A DNA stretch of 64,000 nt, taken from positions 64,001 to 128,000 of the forward strand of contig JBILLK010000013.1 of assembly GCA_044376115.1 (NCBI GenBank), written 5' to 3'. Source of the DNA: Polyangiaceae bacterium. Lineage in GTDB: Bacteria; Myxococcota_A; Polyangia; Polyangiales; Polyangiaceae. Under the pieces are notes generated by a model. The model was not told the DNA's origin. It ran no database searches and saw only the letters and a program-made list of their open reading frames with translations. Below, piece by piece: positions 29,491 to 39,540 of this stretch. A program made the translations under genes and the position numbers. The number at the start of each line of letters is the position of its first letter. Within the stretch, counting starts at the first letter, position 1.

Positions 29491-30735
29491 CTAAGCGGCT
29501 ATTGCAAAGTAATAATCGAATAGCGCCAGCGCGGTCTCTGGTTCGGGGAGGCCGAGGTTTGGGCACGCGGTCGCCTGTTCGAGTGAAGCGCGTAGTTCTT
29601 GCTGCGCGCGGCTGCGAGCGACGGCGACCTGCGCGCGGGCGGCTTCGTCGAGCTGCTTGGCCAGCCATTGGTCGACGTCCTCGGCGAGGGCTGCGTGTTC
29701 GCGCTCGTCCTTCGCGATTGCGCAAAAGTCCGGGCGCAGCGAGGGTGAGGCGCGCTCGGCTTGGAAGCTCGCGACCAAGGCGCCGTACGCCTCACGCACG
29801 CAGCCTTCGATGGCGTTCTCGACCGCGATCGGTAGTAGCTCGCGCACGACGAGATTTGCGTGCGTTGGCTTGCCGACGCGGCCACCGTGCGCCTGTGCGA
29901 GTCGACGGAGGATGCGCGTATGGCGCACCTCATCGCGTGCGGCCTGGGTTGCGCGTTGGGCTAGCTCGCTGGGTGCACCGTGGGCCTCGAGCTCGCGCGC
30001 GAGCCGTTGAAAGGCCGGGACACTCGCGGCCTCGAGTTCGGCCATCTGCGCGAGCACCGCGCCTTCGTGCGAGGCGTGGGCGTGGTCGCGCGTGAGTTGC
30101 AAACCCTCCGGCTGCCTTCCGCAGTGGTGCTGCTGCTCGGGGTTCTTTTCGACGACGAAGGTCTGGAGCTCGCTGGAGACGACGGTGCCGTCACGGCGCA
30201 ACGCTGCGCGCTCCACGACGAGGCGCTTGGCCGCAACCTTTTCCTTGCGCGCCGGCGGACAAGGTTTCTGTGGCCCGGGCCCGGGGCAGCACACGGGGGT
30301 GCGCGTGACCTCGATCGTGGTTGCCTCTTGGGACCTCGTGAGCACACACAGGACCTGCTCCTTGTGCGGCACCCAGATCGCCTTGTCGAAGTTCTGCGTC
30401 CCAGAGTCCTCCGGAAGCTGCACGACCTTTGCCTTCGTCAGGTCGACCTTGACGTTCTCCATGTGCTCCTTGCAAAGGAACTTCGAGTCGGGCGCAGAGG
30501 CGGTCCCGTTCGCAGGCGGATCGAGCGGAGGGATGCGGTTCACCGTGGGGTCGGGAGCCGGCGTGCTCGCGACCGTCAGCGCAGTAGACGTCGCTTGCGC
30601 GCTGGCACTCGGCGTCGCCGACGGAGTGACCAACGCCTCGTTCGGTTGCGCGGGCGCGGACTTTTGACAGCCGGCCAACACGAGCAAGACCGCTTCGACG
30701 ATTCGACGCTCAACCGAGCCGCGCGAGAGGGACAT
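29491..30735 (-). CDS. Lipoprotein with C-terminal ferritin-like domain (myxobacterial type)
   Basis: LAGC lipobox; CGRQPEGL, LEAASVPAF, DEVRH, ENAIEGCVRE, DEREH. Confidence 0.85.
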   Translation of the reverse strand: MSLSRGSVERRIVEAVLLVLAGCQKSAPAQPNEALVTPSATPSASAQATSTALTVASTPAPDPTVNRIPPLDPPANGTASAPDSKFLCKEHMENVKVDLTKAKVVQLPEDSGTQNFDKAIWVPHKEQVLCVLTRSQEATTIEVTRTPVCCPGPGPQKPCPPARKEKVAAKRLVVERAALRRDGTVVSSELQTFVVEKNPEQQHHCGRQPEGLQLTRDHAHASHEGAVLAQMAELEAASVPAFQRLARELEAHGAPSELAQRATQAARDEVRHTRILRRLAQAHGGRVGKPTHANLVVRELLPIAVENAIEGCVREAYGALVASFQAERASPSLRPDFCAIAKDEREHAALAEDVDQWLAKQLDEAARAQVAVARSRAQQELRASLEQATACPNLGLPEPETALALFDYYFAIAA

Positions 30736-30910
30736 GGGCGCGAGAGTAGCCGATCGACCGGCGCCCTCCTCTTCAATGAGCGGGCTTCCGCTGGGCTGCC
30801 TCGCGGGACAAACGGCGCTCATGCGCTCAAGGTTACCAAGGAGGGCGACCGTTGGGGCGGCCAGGGGCGGCGGCGGGTCGGTTCCCGTGCGACATTCGGA
30901 ACATCCGCCT

Positions 30911-31180
30911 AGCGAAGTAACCCCGGCAAGCTGCGGTAGCCCACCCGACTTAGTTCGCATTGGGAGCAGCATTCGCCCTACCCGACCGCCCCCTGCACGG
31001 GCCCGGGCCCGCCTAAGGCATCCGCTATGCGGCTTTTTGCGGGCTAATCGCCTATCGAGCAGAGCCCGCTAACACGCTATTGCGCAAAGAGCGCGTCATT
31101 GAGCGAAGTAACCCCCGGGGGCTAGCGCAGCTCCCCCACCTTACTTCGCATTGGGCCGTTCCCCTTACTTCGCATTGGGC
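30911..31180. repeat. D doublet with spacer type 2
   Basis: Matches 6651-6890. Confidence 0.85.
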
Positions 31181-31214
31181 CATTCGACGGAACCATTGCG
31201 CAACGCAGCCGAGC

Positions 31215-31736
31215 TCAGAACGCCAGACGAAACGAAGCGCCGGTTGGAGAGACCGCGATGGTCGGAACGAGCTCGGCCTCTTGTCGCTGTTCGCCCACGG
31301 CGATGAGCGGGATACCGACGGCGAGGTGGGCGACGCCGGCCGCGAGGATGGACCCACCGATGAGGTTGTAGCTTGGGGTGAAGGCGTAGCAGAGCGACGT
31401 CCCCAACACCGTGGATTGGTTGTCGAGGGCTTCGTCTTCGCAAGGCGCGTTGGCGATTCCCAGCACCACCGCGCCGGCGATGGCCTGCACGACGCCGAGG
31501 CCCGTGATGACCGAACCCACGACGGTCATCGGGACGCTCTTGCGCGGCGCCTCGAGCTCCTGCGTGACGGGCGACAGATCTTTGCGGCGCGGTGAGAGCG
31601 CTTCGGAGCTGTCTGCAACGTTGGCCGCTGTCGGTTCGCTCGTGGGTGTTGGTTCGCTCGTGGGCTCCTCAGCGAACGCGTTGAAGGTGGGGAGCGCGAG
31701 CAACGAAGCAATGAGAAGATGGTGGATGCGGTTCAT
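31215..31736 (-). CDS. Secreted/membrane hypothetical protein
   Basis: Signal peptide ending AFA, two hydrophobic segments, C-terminal SFRLAF. Confidence 0.7.
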   Translation of the reverse strand: MNRIHHLLIASLLALPTFNAFAEEPTSEPTPTSEPTAANVADSSEALSPRRKDLSPVTQELEAPRKSVPMTVVGSVITGLGVVQAIAGAVVLGIANAPCEDEALDNQSTVLGTSLCYAFTPSYNLIGGSILAAGVAHLAVGIPLIAVGEQRQEAELVPTIAVSPTGASFRLAF

Positions 31737-31972
31737 GTCCTTCGCTTCAGCAAGCGCTGGGCCGCACAAGATTTTCGGACTTCTTAGGCTGCTCGCGACG
31801 CGCAACCATGACAGCCGGATCCCGCAAAAAATAGTTTGAAGGATCCGTCGCACTCAGCACAAACACAGGGGAATTCGTGCGTTTTTCGAGGCCGGCGTGG
31901 CCGTCGTCCAGAGCCACCGTTCGCGGCCGGGGCTCGGAGTGCACCCGTCGCACCGGTAGCCGCCGCTGCTCA

Positions 31973-32451
31973 GAGTGACATTGGGCGGGCCGATGGTTTA
32001 TCGCACGCCCCAATGTCGCTACCTCCGTTCGGTAGGCAGCGCTGGGATACGAACGTGCCGCGATTTTTCGAGGAAATCGCACAGGGGCCGCTTCCATCGT
32101 CGGCCGCACTGGTCGCGGGCGGTCGCCGCACCGGTCGCGGGCGGTGCTTGGAGTGACATTGAGCGGGCCGATGGTTTATCGCGGGCCCCAATGTCACTGC
32201 AGGGCGCGGAGTCGACCTTCCTGGGCGTGATAGCGAAGTAACCGCCTGGGGCTGCGCTAGCCCCCCTCGGTTAGTTCGCTAAACGGGTGGGTTAACTCAC
32301 TAAAAGGGAGGGGTTTTTCGCCCAACGGGAGGTTTGCCGCGGCCAACGCAGCGAATTTGGCCAATATCTAGGTAGCGCCGCGCATCGGGGCGCAGCGGAT
32401 GCGACGTAACCGCCAGGAGCTAGCGCAGCTCCCCCGGGTTAGTGCGCATTG
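31973..32451. repeat. Composite block C-C-D-core-D
   Basis: C at 31973 and 32151; core at 32360. Confidence 0.9.
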
Positions 32452-32584
32452 GACGCAATGGGGCGAGCGGCGTTAGCTCCGCTACCGCGCCCAACAGCCA
32501 GACGCCACTTGAGCGCGCCACCGCGTCGCGGAGGCCGACATCACGCTCACACCTCGCAACGCGCCACCGCGAGAGGTCGAGCTA

Positions 32585-32872
32585 CTCACGATCGATGGTC
32601 GGGTTGTCGACCACAAGCTCCAACGCCACCAGTAGCGCGTCTCGTCGGCGAGGCGTGGGCGATGACGCCACAAGGCCCGCCGCCCCGTCGCCGCCGCTGC
32701 TCGGAGCGACATTCGCCGGGCCGATGGTTTATCGCGGGCCCCAATGTCGCTTCGCGCGCATCCGGACCTATCGAAGCTGACGCCACTCCAGCGAGAGGGC
32801 GCAGTCGAGGGGCGCGCTTGGATGAGAGCCTGCGACAAGAAGAAGCAGGGCCTTGTGATCTTTGGTGGATAG
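32585..32872. pseudogene. Remnants: internal piece of the TPR-like gene, a C hairpin (32704), and the 3-prime end of gene 38879-39463
   Basis: 32585-32640 matches 41537-41591; 32765-32872 matches 39355-39463. Confidence 0.85.
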
Positions 32873-32888
32873 CTATGCAAGGGCGCGG

Positions 32889-33527
32889 CTAGCAACCGTG
32901 CTCGCGCATCAATAGCTGGCGAAACCCATCATCGATGGTGCCGTTGGGTTCCAGTTGGTGCGCCGATTGGAACGCGATCACTGCCGCCTTCAGCGCTGCT
33001 GCTGCGGCATCCTCGTCGGCGCTCGAAGGCGCGCTGTAAAATCCGAGATTTTCGAGGCGCTTTTGCACGCCTGAGTCCTCCCGCACTGGATCCATGTTTC
33101 CGATGTGCAGGGGAAAGCTGAGCCCCTGCTTGGGCAGCAGGATCTCACCCTCACGCACGCGGACCGAGATGTCGACAGTGAGCCTCCCCGACGCGTCGGT
33201 GGTACCCTCGATAAGAGCGCCCGCTCCTTTGATGACGAACGGTTCATTCGGGAGCGGGACGTCACCGTCTCGCAGGACAAGCGACAGCTTTACCTTCGGG
33301 AGCGTCACCGTGTAGCGATTCGCGGTTCCCTTCTTGAGGGTGAGTGGTACCCGGGGCGGCTCGTCGGGAAGGAACAGGATATCGCCGGCACGAAGGATAT
33401 CCATGTGCTCTCGCTTCGCTCTGAGTTCGGCGTTCTTGGGGTGGTTCCACAAGTCCTCCGGACGCGCGCCCAGTCGGGCGGCTATTTGGGTGAGGTACTC
33501 GCCCTCTCGAATGATGTGCGCGCGCAT
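32889..33527 (-). CDS. LysM + transthyretin-like + peptidoglycan-binding domain protein
   Basis: HIIREGEYLTQIAARLG...ILRAGDIL; PLPNEPF...GTTDASG; VQKRLENLGF...AFQSAHQL..NG. Confidence 0.85.
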   Translation of the reverse strand: MRAHIIREGEYLTQIAARLGARPEDLWNHPKNAELRAKREHMDILRAGDILFLPDEPPRVPLTLKKGTANRYTVTLPKVKLSLVLRDGDVPLPNEPFVIKGAGALIEGTTDASGRLTVDISVRVREGEILLPKQGLSFPLHIGNMDPVREDSGVQKRLENLGFYSAPSSADEDAAAAALKAAVIAFQSAHQLEPNGTIDDGFRQLLMREHGC

Positions 33528-33541
33528 CGGCTATCGACCCT

Positions 33542-34297
33542 TCAGCGAGTGAGCAGCGTTCCAGAGCCAAGGAACTGTGGAGGCCAGTTAAGGCCTGGAA
33601 GCGGCAGCGCGATCCGCTCCAGCGACGACCACCAGGGTGCTCCCGCCTTCCACTCCATAACCACTTTGAGGGTGTAGCGAGTGAACGTAAAGCGGAGGCC
33701 GTTGGGAATGCTCTCGATTTCCTGAGTCGCTGGTGCCGCGTCGACCACGAAGGGGACGCTTCCGAAGGTCGCTGGGGTCGGCAAAACCGGGAAGTCCTTG
33801 ATAAAGGCACCTCGGTCCCCACCGAGATACGGCACCGCCGGATTGGTCTCATCCCCTTGAGCGACCGCCTTTCCTTGCTCATCCTCCAGTCGGAGGAAAG
33901 AGAACGGCTTGGCACGGTAAAGCCCATAATACTGCAACTTGTCTTGGCCTTTCTTGCCCCGTATGTCGAGGCGATAGACCCCCTCGGCGTCCGTATCGGA
34001 CGGCACGTCGATGACGCGAAACTCAAACTCCACGGTTCTGAACTCAGGCCCCGTGTAGGGGCCCCGTACCGGGGTTCCGCGGACCTCCGTCTTCATCGAG
34101 ACACGCCATTTGTCGCCAAGCTTCCAGGCCGGGGGAAAGACCCGTTCGATCGGTATCGTTGGTTGGGTCACCGTCGGCTTCGTCGGTTGTGTAGGCGTGC
34201 TCATCGTCGTCTCTTTGATTGGGTGGGTTGGCGCATCCACACAGGCAGCATGGATACAGGCAGTGAGTGCGAAGCAGGCGGGAGCGAAGCGCCTCAT
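33542..34297 (-). CDS. Lipoprotein, putative immunity protein
   Basis: MRRF...IHAAC; ATGA-coupled to the upstream putative effector. Confidence 0.7.
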   Translation of the reverse strand: MRRFAPACFALTACIHAACVDAPTHPIKETTMSTPTQPTKPTVTQPTIPIERVFPPAWKLGDKWRVSMKTEVRGTPVRGPYTGPEFRTVEFEFRVIDVPSDTDAEGVYRLDIRGKKGQDKLQYYGLYRAKPFSFLRLEDEQGKAVAQGDETNPAVPYLGGDRGAFIKDFPVLPTPATFGSVPFVVDAAPATQEIESIPNGLRFTFTRYTLKVVMEWKAGAPWWSSLERIALPLPGLNWPPQFLGSGTLLTR

Positions 34298-35706
34298 TTG
34301 TATCTCGCGTTGATGGTCGCGTACTTGAGGAACTCCGTCCCAACGACGGGATTACCTGTGCCGAATGGCGGGCCAGTCCGTCGTACGGATGCTGGCGGCC
34401 CGAGCAGGTTCAAGTTGGTAGGAGCGAAGAGCTCTTGACGCTGGTCGTTCTGAAGGCTCGTCCACGCATTGCGATCGTCGGACGCATTGATCTTGCCTTG
34501 GCCATCAAAGATGATGCGCCACTCATTCCGGTACAGCCAGGCGTCTTTGCTGCTCTGGCCTGGTATGACCGAGCCCGAGGCAAACCTGCCTGCGAGGTTC
34601 GGCGAAGGGCGAGTATCAATATTCGAGTAGACCTCGCAGGACACCTTCAGGTCCTTGTCATCTTGCGGGTTCTGCGGCCAGGTCTCGGAGAAGGTCGCGC
34701 GATAGTAGAATATCATTTGGTTCCAGACCTCTTCCGGTCCGCGATGCGGTTCGTAGGAACGCAGGTTCGACAAAAGAGGAAGGCCGTTCGCAGCGAGCTC
34801 ATCCTGGAGTTTTTGGAAGTAGCCAGCGGCAGCCTTGCCAAAGTCTTTGTTGATCCAGTCCTTGAACTCAGCTTCGGACCCCACCGCAATCGACCACACT
34901 TCACCCGCCGCGACCGCGGTTGACGGATCGAACTCGCCGCCCAAGCTTTTAGTCAGGGTGGCCCTGTCTTTGGGGCCACCCGGCTTGAGATAGCCGAGTA
35001 CGTCCCAGCGACCGATCGCGTGAGGGAATCTGGTGTTTCGGAGGGTCCAACTGGGGTCTTGCACCTGCCCGAAGTTGCCAAACCATTCAGTAGCGAGGAA
35101 CTCCATCTCTTCCTCGCTGAAGAACTGTCCACCGATGGTCGTGGCGACGGGTTGCTCGAAGAGAGCCGAGGCCGGCGCAGCGTGGTGGCAATGTCCAGCC
35201 CACCCTGCGGCATCCGGGGACTGGTGGCTGTCGTGCTCGAAGGTGTCGGCGACATCGGGACTCTTCCCGACGGCCGAAGCGTATCGCTTTAGAATGTCCC
35301 GCGCTTCGTCGGCTGCGGCGCTACTTCGACGGGCTGGCCAGTAGTAGAAGTTCCACGGCAAGAGCGGCTTGTTCGGTAGCAACTCATGCATGCGCGACCA
35401 AGCTGTCTGGACGAGGGAGGCGATGATCATGCCCCCCGAGGTCGTCGTCGCCACGAAGCACTCACCGAACGCGGCGAACGTAACAGCCTCCGCCGTTCCG
35501 CTAGCGAGGCTATTGCCATCAGGCTGCTGGATCTCGACCTGGCTTGCGTCGCTGCAGCGGATCGTTAGCTCACCGCCAAGGTAGGTCGGGATCCACACCC
35601 TCCATCGAGTTGGGCCCGGTGGTGACGGAACGGGAACGCCAAGCGGCAGCCGCCGAACTGGAATCGTGAGTGTGTTGTCTGCGTTGGGTGCGACGGGGCT
35701 TGCCAT
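34294..35706 (-). CDS. Putative T6SS effector, transglutaminase-elicitor-like Cys enzyme
   Basis: PWNFYYWP, WAGHCHHAAPASALFEQP, EVWNQ; no signal peptide; directly follows vgrG. Confidence 0.7.
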   Translation of the reverse strand: MASPVAPNADNTLTIPVRRLPLGVPVPSPPGPTRWRVWIPTYLGGELTIRCSDASQVEIQQPDGNSLASGTAEAVTFAAFGECFVATTTSGGMIIASLVQTAWSRMHELLPNKPLLPWNFYYWPARRSSAAADEARDILKRYASAVGKSPDVADTFEHDSHQSPDAAGWAGHCHHAAPASALFEQPVATTIGGQFFSEEEMEFLATEWFGNFGQVQDPSWTLRNTRFPHAIGRWDVLGYLKPGGPKDRATLTKSLGGEFDPSTAVAAGEVWSIAVGSEAEFKDWINKDFGKAAAGYFQKLQDELAANGLPLLSNLRSYEPHRGPEEVWNQMIFYYRATFSETWPQNPQDDKDLKVSCEVYSNIDTRPSPNLAGRFASGSVIPGQSSKDAWLYRNEWRIIFDGQGKINASDDRNAWTSLQNDQRQELFAPTNLNLLGPPASVRRTGPPFGTGNPVVGTEFLKYATINARYK

Positions 35707-35732
35707 ATGCGCCTTTCAAGCAATTGGTTGGT

Positions 35733-38399
35733 TCAGCCGGCCTTCGCGTCGCTGGCATCAGGGAAGCTGATGGTTCCCGAGCCCCCAAAGGCGAGCTCCT
35801 TCTTGCCGTCCTTGTCCGTAACGCCGCTCAGCTGGGCTCCCCCATCCAACGTGATGACGAAACGCTCGTACGCGAGTGGCCGACCAGTCTCATCGACGAG
35901 CTCGATCGTCGTCGGCGGGTCAGGTTCCTTGGGCGGAGGATCACTGGCTTGCTCGGGTGAGTTTAGGAGGATTTGTTGCGCGTCAACTTTGCACTCGCGC
36001 TGCATGGCCAGCGACGCGCCATCCTTGGATTTCAGCACGATCTTCCTCTTCACCAGCAACTGGGCGTCGCTCTGCGACGACAACCGCAAGCCATCAGCGG
36101 AGGCGGAGACGCTTGCGGCTTGGCCGGCGACTACGACGGATGGTGACTGGATCTCGATCTGCTCCGAACTGATCCGGATCCAGCTCTTGCCCACCCGGAG
36201 AACGATGGCCTCCTCGGACTCGACCTCTGTCGCCCGCGAGCTGGACAGCCTCGCGATGCCCTCGGCATGGGTCACCCAGGAACGATTTGCGTCCGCCTTG
36301 CCGACGAGGGTGGTCATGCAGCCGCGGACGCGGGTGGTCAGATCGGCGGCGTGCTCCAGCTCGGCGCTTTGCTGAACGTGACGATGCTCGGTCCCTTCGA
36401 CTCTGGTCGTCAGGGCTCCGGACACTCGCGTATCGCTGCTGCCACTCACCACGTCGACGCGATCTCCCTCGACAAGCACGCTTTGATTGCGGGCTACGTG
36501 TTCCTTCGCGTCGCGTCCCACGCGTGTCACCGCATCGTGTTCGACGACGTCCAGGCGATCTCCGATGACTCGAAGGCGCTCGTCGCCGCGTGTCAGCAGG
36601 GTATGGTTTCGTTCGACCAGCTCGTCCAAGTCACGCTGTGCGTGCAAGTAGACCTGCTCGCGTCCAGTCTGATCCTCGAAGGAGAGTTCGTTGAACCCAC
36701 CTCCGCCGGGGCTCGATTGTGTCCGGATGCCGCTCCTCGTCTTGTGGGCCGGAAGTGCGAACGAAGGAACGTGCGTAGCGTTATAGAGCGAGCCAATCAC
36801 GATCGGCTTGTCCGGGTCCCCTCCCTCGAACGAGACGGCGACTTCCATGCCGACGCGCGGGATGAATTGGTGGCCGTAACCAGCGCCTCCCCATGGCTGC
36901 ACGGACCGTATCCAACAGGAGGCGCGGTCGTCGCGAATGCCCCTCCTGTCCCAGTGGAACAGGACTTTGATTCTACCGGCAGCATCGACGTGAATCTCCT
37001 CCCCCGGTGGTCCGACCACGGTCGCCGTGAGCATTGACTGAACCGTTTTGCGCTTGGGCCTACGCGGTGGAAACGGAACCTCACCCGGAACCGTTGTGAA
37101 CGTGTTTCTGTAGAGATCGGCTTTCTCGCCAACCCGGCCGGTGTGCTCGACCGTGACGACGACGTACTCGCGATTGTGGTCGTGGATGGGGTGACCTTCG
37201 AGCTTGAACCGGTGCCCTGCAGCGAGCGACGGGGCGAGGCTTGCGCCCCGAGCCGCCACTCGGTTTCGCGTGGTTTGCCGCCTGATGAGAAGAGCAGTTT
37301 GATCGGCGTCGTCCCATTCTGGAAACAGGAAGTTCCCGTGGTGTTCGTACGTCTCGAGTTGGCGCTGCCCGACCAATCTCAGGAGTGCATCGGCAACCCC
37401 CCCGAGCCCGAGGCTAGCTGAAGCGTTCAGGTTCAGCGCCGCGGCATCAGTCGATACGCTCGCCGCGACTGAAACATCAGGGACACCAATACCTGGTGCA
37501 TCGGGCGGCCAGCGGCTGACGCGCGGGCCGCCAGGCCTGGAAGGGTCGAAGTCTCGGTACTCGGCGACCTCGGAGCGCACGCGGCGAGTGGGTGCCAATT
37601 CGAGGACCTTGTCGGAGCCATCCTCGGCACCGCTGCGTCCATCGAGAAACCGAAGCATTGGAGCGGTGGAAACGCTGACTGGGTACATCGCCGCGTCATC
37701 GACGAAGAGCACCGTTTCCTCGGGCAGCGAGAGCGATACAGCCGCAGCGGCCATCCCAGCCACATCGCCGATAGACCCTCCGGACGCGGCGAACGCGGCC
37801 GTCAGGTTTGTCACGACATCTGAACCAGGAGTTGCGAAGAAGTAGAATATGCCTGCCTCAGCAAGCAACCGTTGGATGAAAGCGAGATCCGACTCTTCGT
37901 ATTGGGTGATGTACGGCCGCGAGGCATAGCGTCTCGTCAGGTTCCACTCGTTTGCGATACGTGCCTCCCCAAGGACCTGCTGAACCACCTCGGGAACGGA
38001 GACGTCTTGAAAAATGCGTGAGCCTCGCTGATGACGTAGAAGCGCCAGAGCGGGAACGAGCCGCATGGTGAACATCGCGGTGTCCTTTCCGCCCCTCCGA
38101 TCTTGCACTCCGTCCGAGCGCACGCGCTCCACCACGCCAGGAATGACGCGTGGGGGGCCTCCTACGTCGAGCAGCAGCGCTGCGCGCTGCCCGACCGCGA
38201 GCCTTTCAAGATCTTCGCCGACAAGCGTGTTGCTGCTCAGCGTGAGGTCGAAGGCGTAAGGCCGATTGAGCGCTTCGCGTCCATGAACGCGATGCACCGT
38301 GAAATGTGAGGGCGGGAACGGGAACGCGACGAATGAATACGGGGCGGAGGATGACTCTCCCGGAATTCGGCCGGCGTCGAACGACGCTTCGTAGGACAT
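35733..38399 (-). CDS. vgrG: VgrG with gp5 repeats and C-terminal transthyretin-like extension
   Basis: TQYEESDLAFIQRLL, IPRVGMEVAVSFEGGDPDKP, FNELSFED, HAQRD; C-terminal IELVDETGRPL...SGVTDKDG; likely start MSYEAS at 38399. Confidence 0.93.
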   Translation of the reverse strand: MSYEASFDAGRIPGESSSAPYSFVAFPFPPSHFTVHRVHGREALNRPYAFDLTLSSNTLVGEDLERLAVGQRAALLLDVGGPPRVIPGVVERVRSDGVQDRRGGKDTAMFTMRLVPALALLRHQRGSRIFQDVSVPEVVQQVLGEARIANEWNLTRRYASRPYITQYEESDLAFIQRLLAEAGIFYFFATPGSDVVTNLTAAFAASGGSIGDVAGMAAAAVSLSLPEETVLFVDDAAMYPVSVSTAPMLRFLDGRSGAEDGSDKVLELAPTRRVRSEVAEYRDFDPSRPGGPRVSRWPPDAPGIGVPDVSVAASVSTDAAALNLNASASLGLGGVADALLRLVGQRQLETYEHHGNFLFPEWDDADQTALLIRRQTTRNRVAARGASLAPSLAAGHRFKLEGHPIHDHNREYVVVTVEHTGRVGEKADLYRNTFTTVPGEVPFPPRRPKRKTVQSMLTATVVGPPGEEIHVDAAGRIKVLFHWDRRGIRDDRASCWIRSVQPWGGAGYGHQFIPRVGMEVAVSFEGGDPDKPIVIGSLYNATHVPSFALPAHKTRSGIRTQSSPGGGGFNELSFEDQTGREQVYLHAQRDLDELVERNHTLLTRGDERLRVIGDRLDVVEHDAVTRVGRDAKEHVARNQSVLVEGDRVDVVSGSSDTRVSGALTTRVEGTEHRHVQQSAELEHAADLTTRVRGCMTTLVGKADANRSWVTHAEGIARLSSSRATEVESEEAIVLRVGKSWIRISSEQIEIQSPSVVVAGQAASVSASADGLRLSSQSDAQLLVKRKIVLKSKDGASLAMQRECKVDAQQILLNSPEQASDPPPKEPDPPTTIELVDETGRPLAYERFVITLDGGAQLSGVTDKDGKKELAFGGSGTISFPDASDAKAG

Positions 38400-38466
38400 G
38401 GGTCGGCGGGAAGTTATCAATCCGCCAGATTCGCGCAAGCAGCTCATAGAGCCGTAAGCGAGGGAC

Positions 38467-38746
38467 GCAGCGTCTCGATCTCGGCCCGGAGCGCGGCCTG
38501 CTCCCTGCGTCGTTGGAGGACTCGAGCGCCTGGCGGGACGATGGTTTATCGCACGCCCCAATGTCACAGCCTTCGTTCGGTAGGCAGCGCTGGCCAACGA
38601 ACCTGCGCAGGTTTTTCGAGGGAATTGCGAAGGGGCCGCAGCCCTCGTCGGCGGGCACTGGTCGCCGCGGTCGCTGCACTGGTCGCTGCCGCTGCTCGGA
38701 GCGACATTGAGCGGGGCGATGGTTTATCGCGGGCCCCAATGTCGCT
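38467..38746. repeat. TPR-gene remnant followed by C doublet
   Basis: 38467-38533 matches 41196-41262; C at ~38537 (partial) and 38699. Confidence 0.85.
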
Positions 38747-38878
38747 TCGTGCGCATCCGCGACCGAACACCCGAAGGCGGCCATCCTCCAGCGGTGAGCG
38801 GGAGAAGCGTCGACGATGGGACACGAAGCCGTGAGGTACCGCATCCAGCCGAGCTCCTTCGTGCTGTAGCCTCGGGAC

Positions 38879-39463
38879 ATGGGATACGGGTTATGGCCTT
38901 ACAGGGTCGACCTTCAGGAACTAGCGCGGCTTCCGGCTCCGGGGACAGCGGAGATGCGAGCCTTGGAGCGGCGTCTGAAGGTTCGATTTGCTGAGCTCGC
39001 GGGCGGTTTCGAGGACGAAGTCGCGGCGGGTGAGTGTGAAGCTCCGAACGCCGCGCTTGCCAAGATCGCGGCGGGTCGGCTGAAGCCGCGCAGCTTCATG
39101 CACGGGCGCGTGGTCGAGGCGCTGGTTGCTACGCTGGGCAAACAGTTGCCCAACGAGGCCTGGGAAAAGTTCAGCTCGCGCTTCTTTTCGGACCTCGATG
39201 ACGAGCTCACGGCGCGCGGGCTCAAAGGCCCGGACGCGATGGTGAAGATCGTACAGAGCGGTGTGCCTGTGATGGGCAAGACCGTGCGCCAGCCGGAGTG
39301 TGGCTCGATGTCGGCGGCGCAAGTCGCCAAAGTCGGCGCGCTGATCGATGCGATGGACCTCTCGAAGCTGACGCCACTCCAGCGAGAGGGCACAGCCGAG
39401 TGGCGCGCGTGGATGAGAGCCTGCGAGAAGAAGAAGCAGGGTCTTGTGCTCTTTGGTGGATAG
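38879..39463 (+). CDS. Hypothetical protein
   Basis: 194 aa clean ORF, MGYGLWPYRVDL...GLVLFGG. Confidence 0.7.
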   Translation: MGYGLWPYRVDLQELARLPAPGTAEMRALERRLKVRFAELAGGFEDEVAAGECEAPNAALAKIAAGRLKPRSFMHGRVVEALVATLGKQLPNEAWEKFSSRFFSDLDDELTARGLKGPDAMVKIVQSGVPVMGKTVRQPECGSMSAAQVAKVGALIDAMDLSKLTPLQREGTAEWRAWMRACEKKKQGLVLFGG

Positions 39464-39526
39464 CGGATATCGCCGGGCAGCTATTTGGGTGAGGTATTCT
39501 CCCTCTCGAATGATGTGCGCGCGCAT
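39464..39526 (-). pseudogene. 5-prime remnant of the LysM gene
   Basis: MRAHIIREGEYLTQIAAR identical to the start of 32889-33527, then deleted. Confidence 0.9.
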
Positions 39527-39540
39527 CGGCTATCGACCCT

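Noticed and set aside
7268..38399. Complete T6SS or prophage tail cluster
   Set aside because: No sheath, Hcp/tube, baseplate or membrane-complex genes; only orphan spike islands.
38405..38440. Sigma70 promoter upstream of vgrG (minus strand TTGCGC-N16-TAACTT)
   Set aside because: Weak consensus match; cannot be supported without TSS data.
38400..38597. Long N-terminal extensions in the ORF track (vgrG 954 aa, 39541-40869, 55406-58282, 55343-56707, 29491-30972, 16739-17596)
   Set aside because: The extensions run through repeats or antisense of other genes; internal starts fit signal peptides and domain boundaries better.
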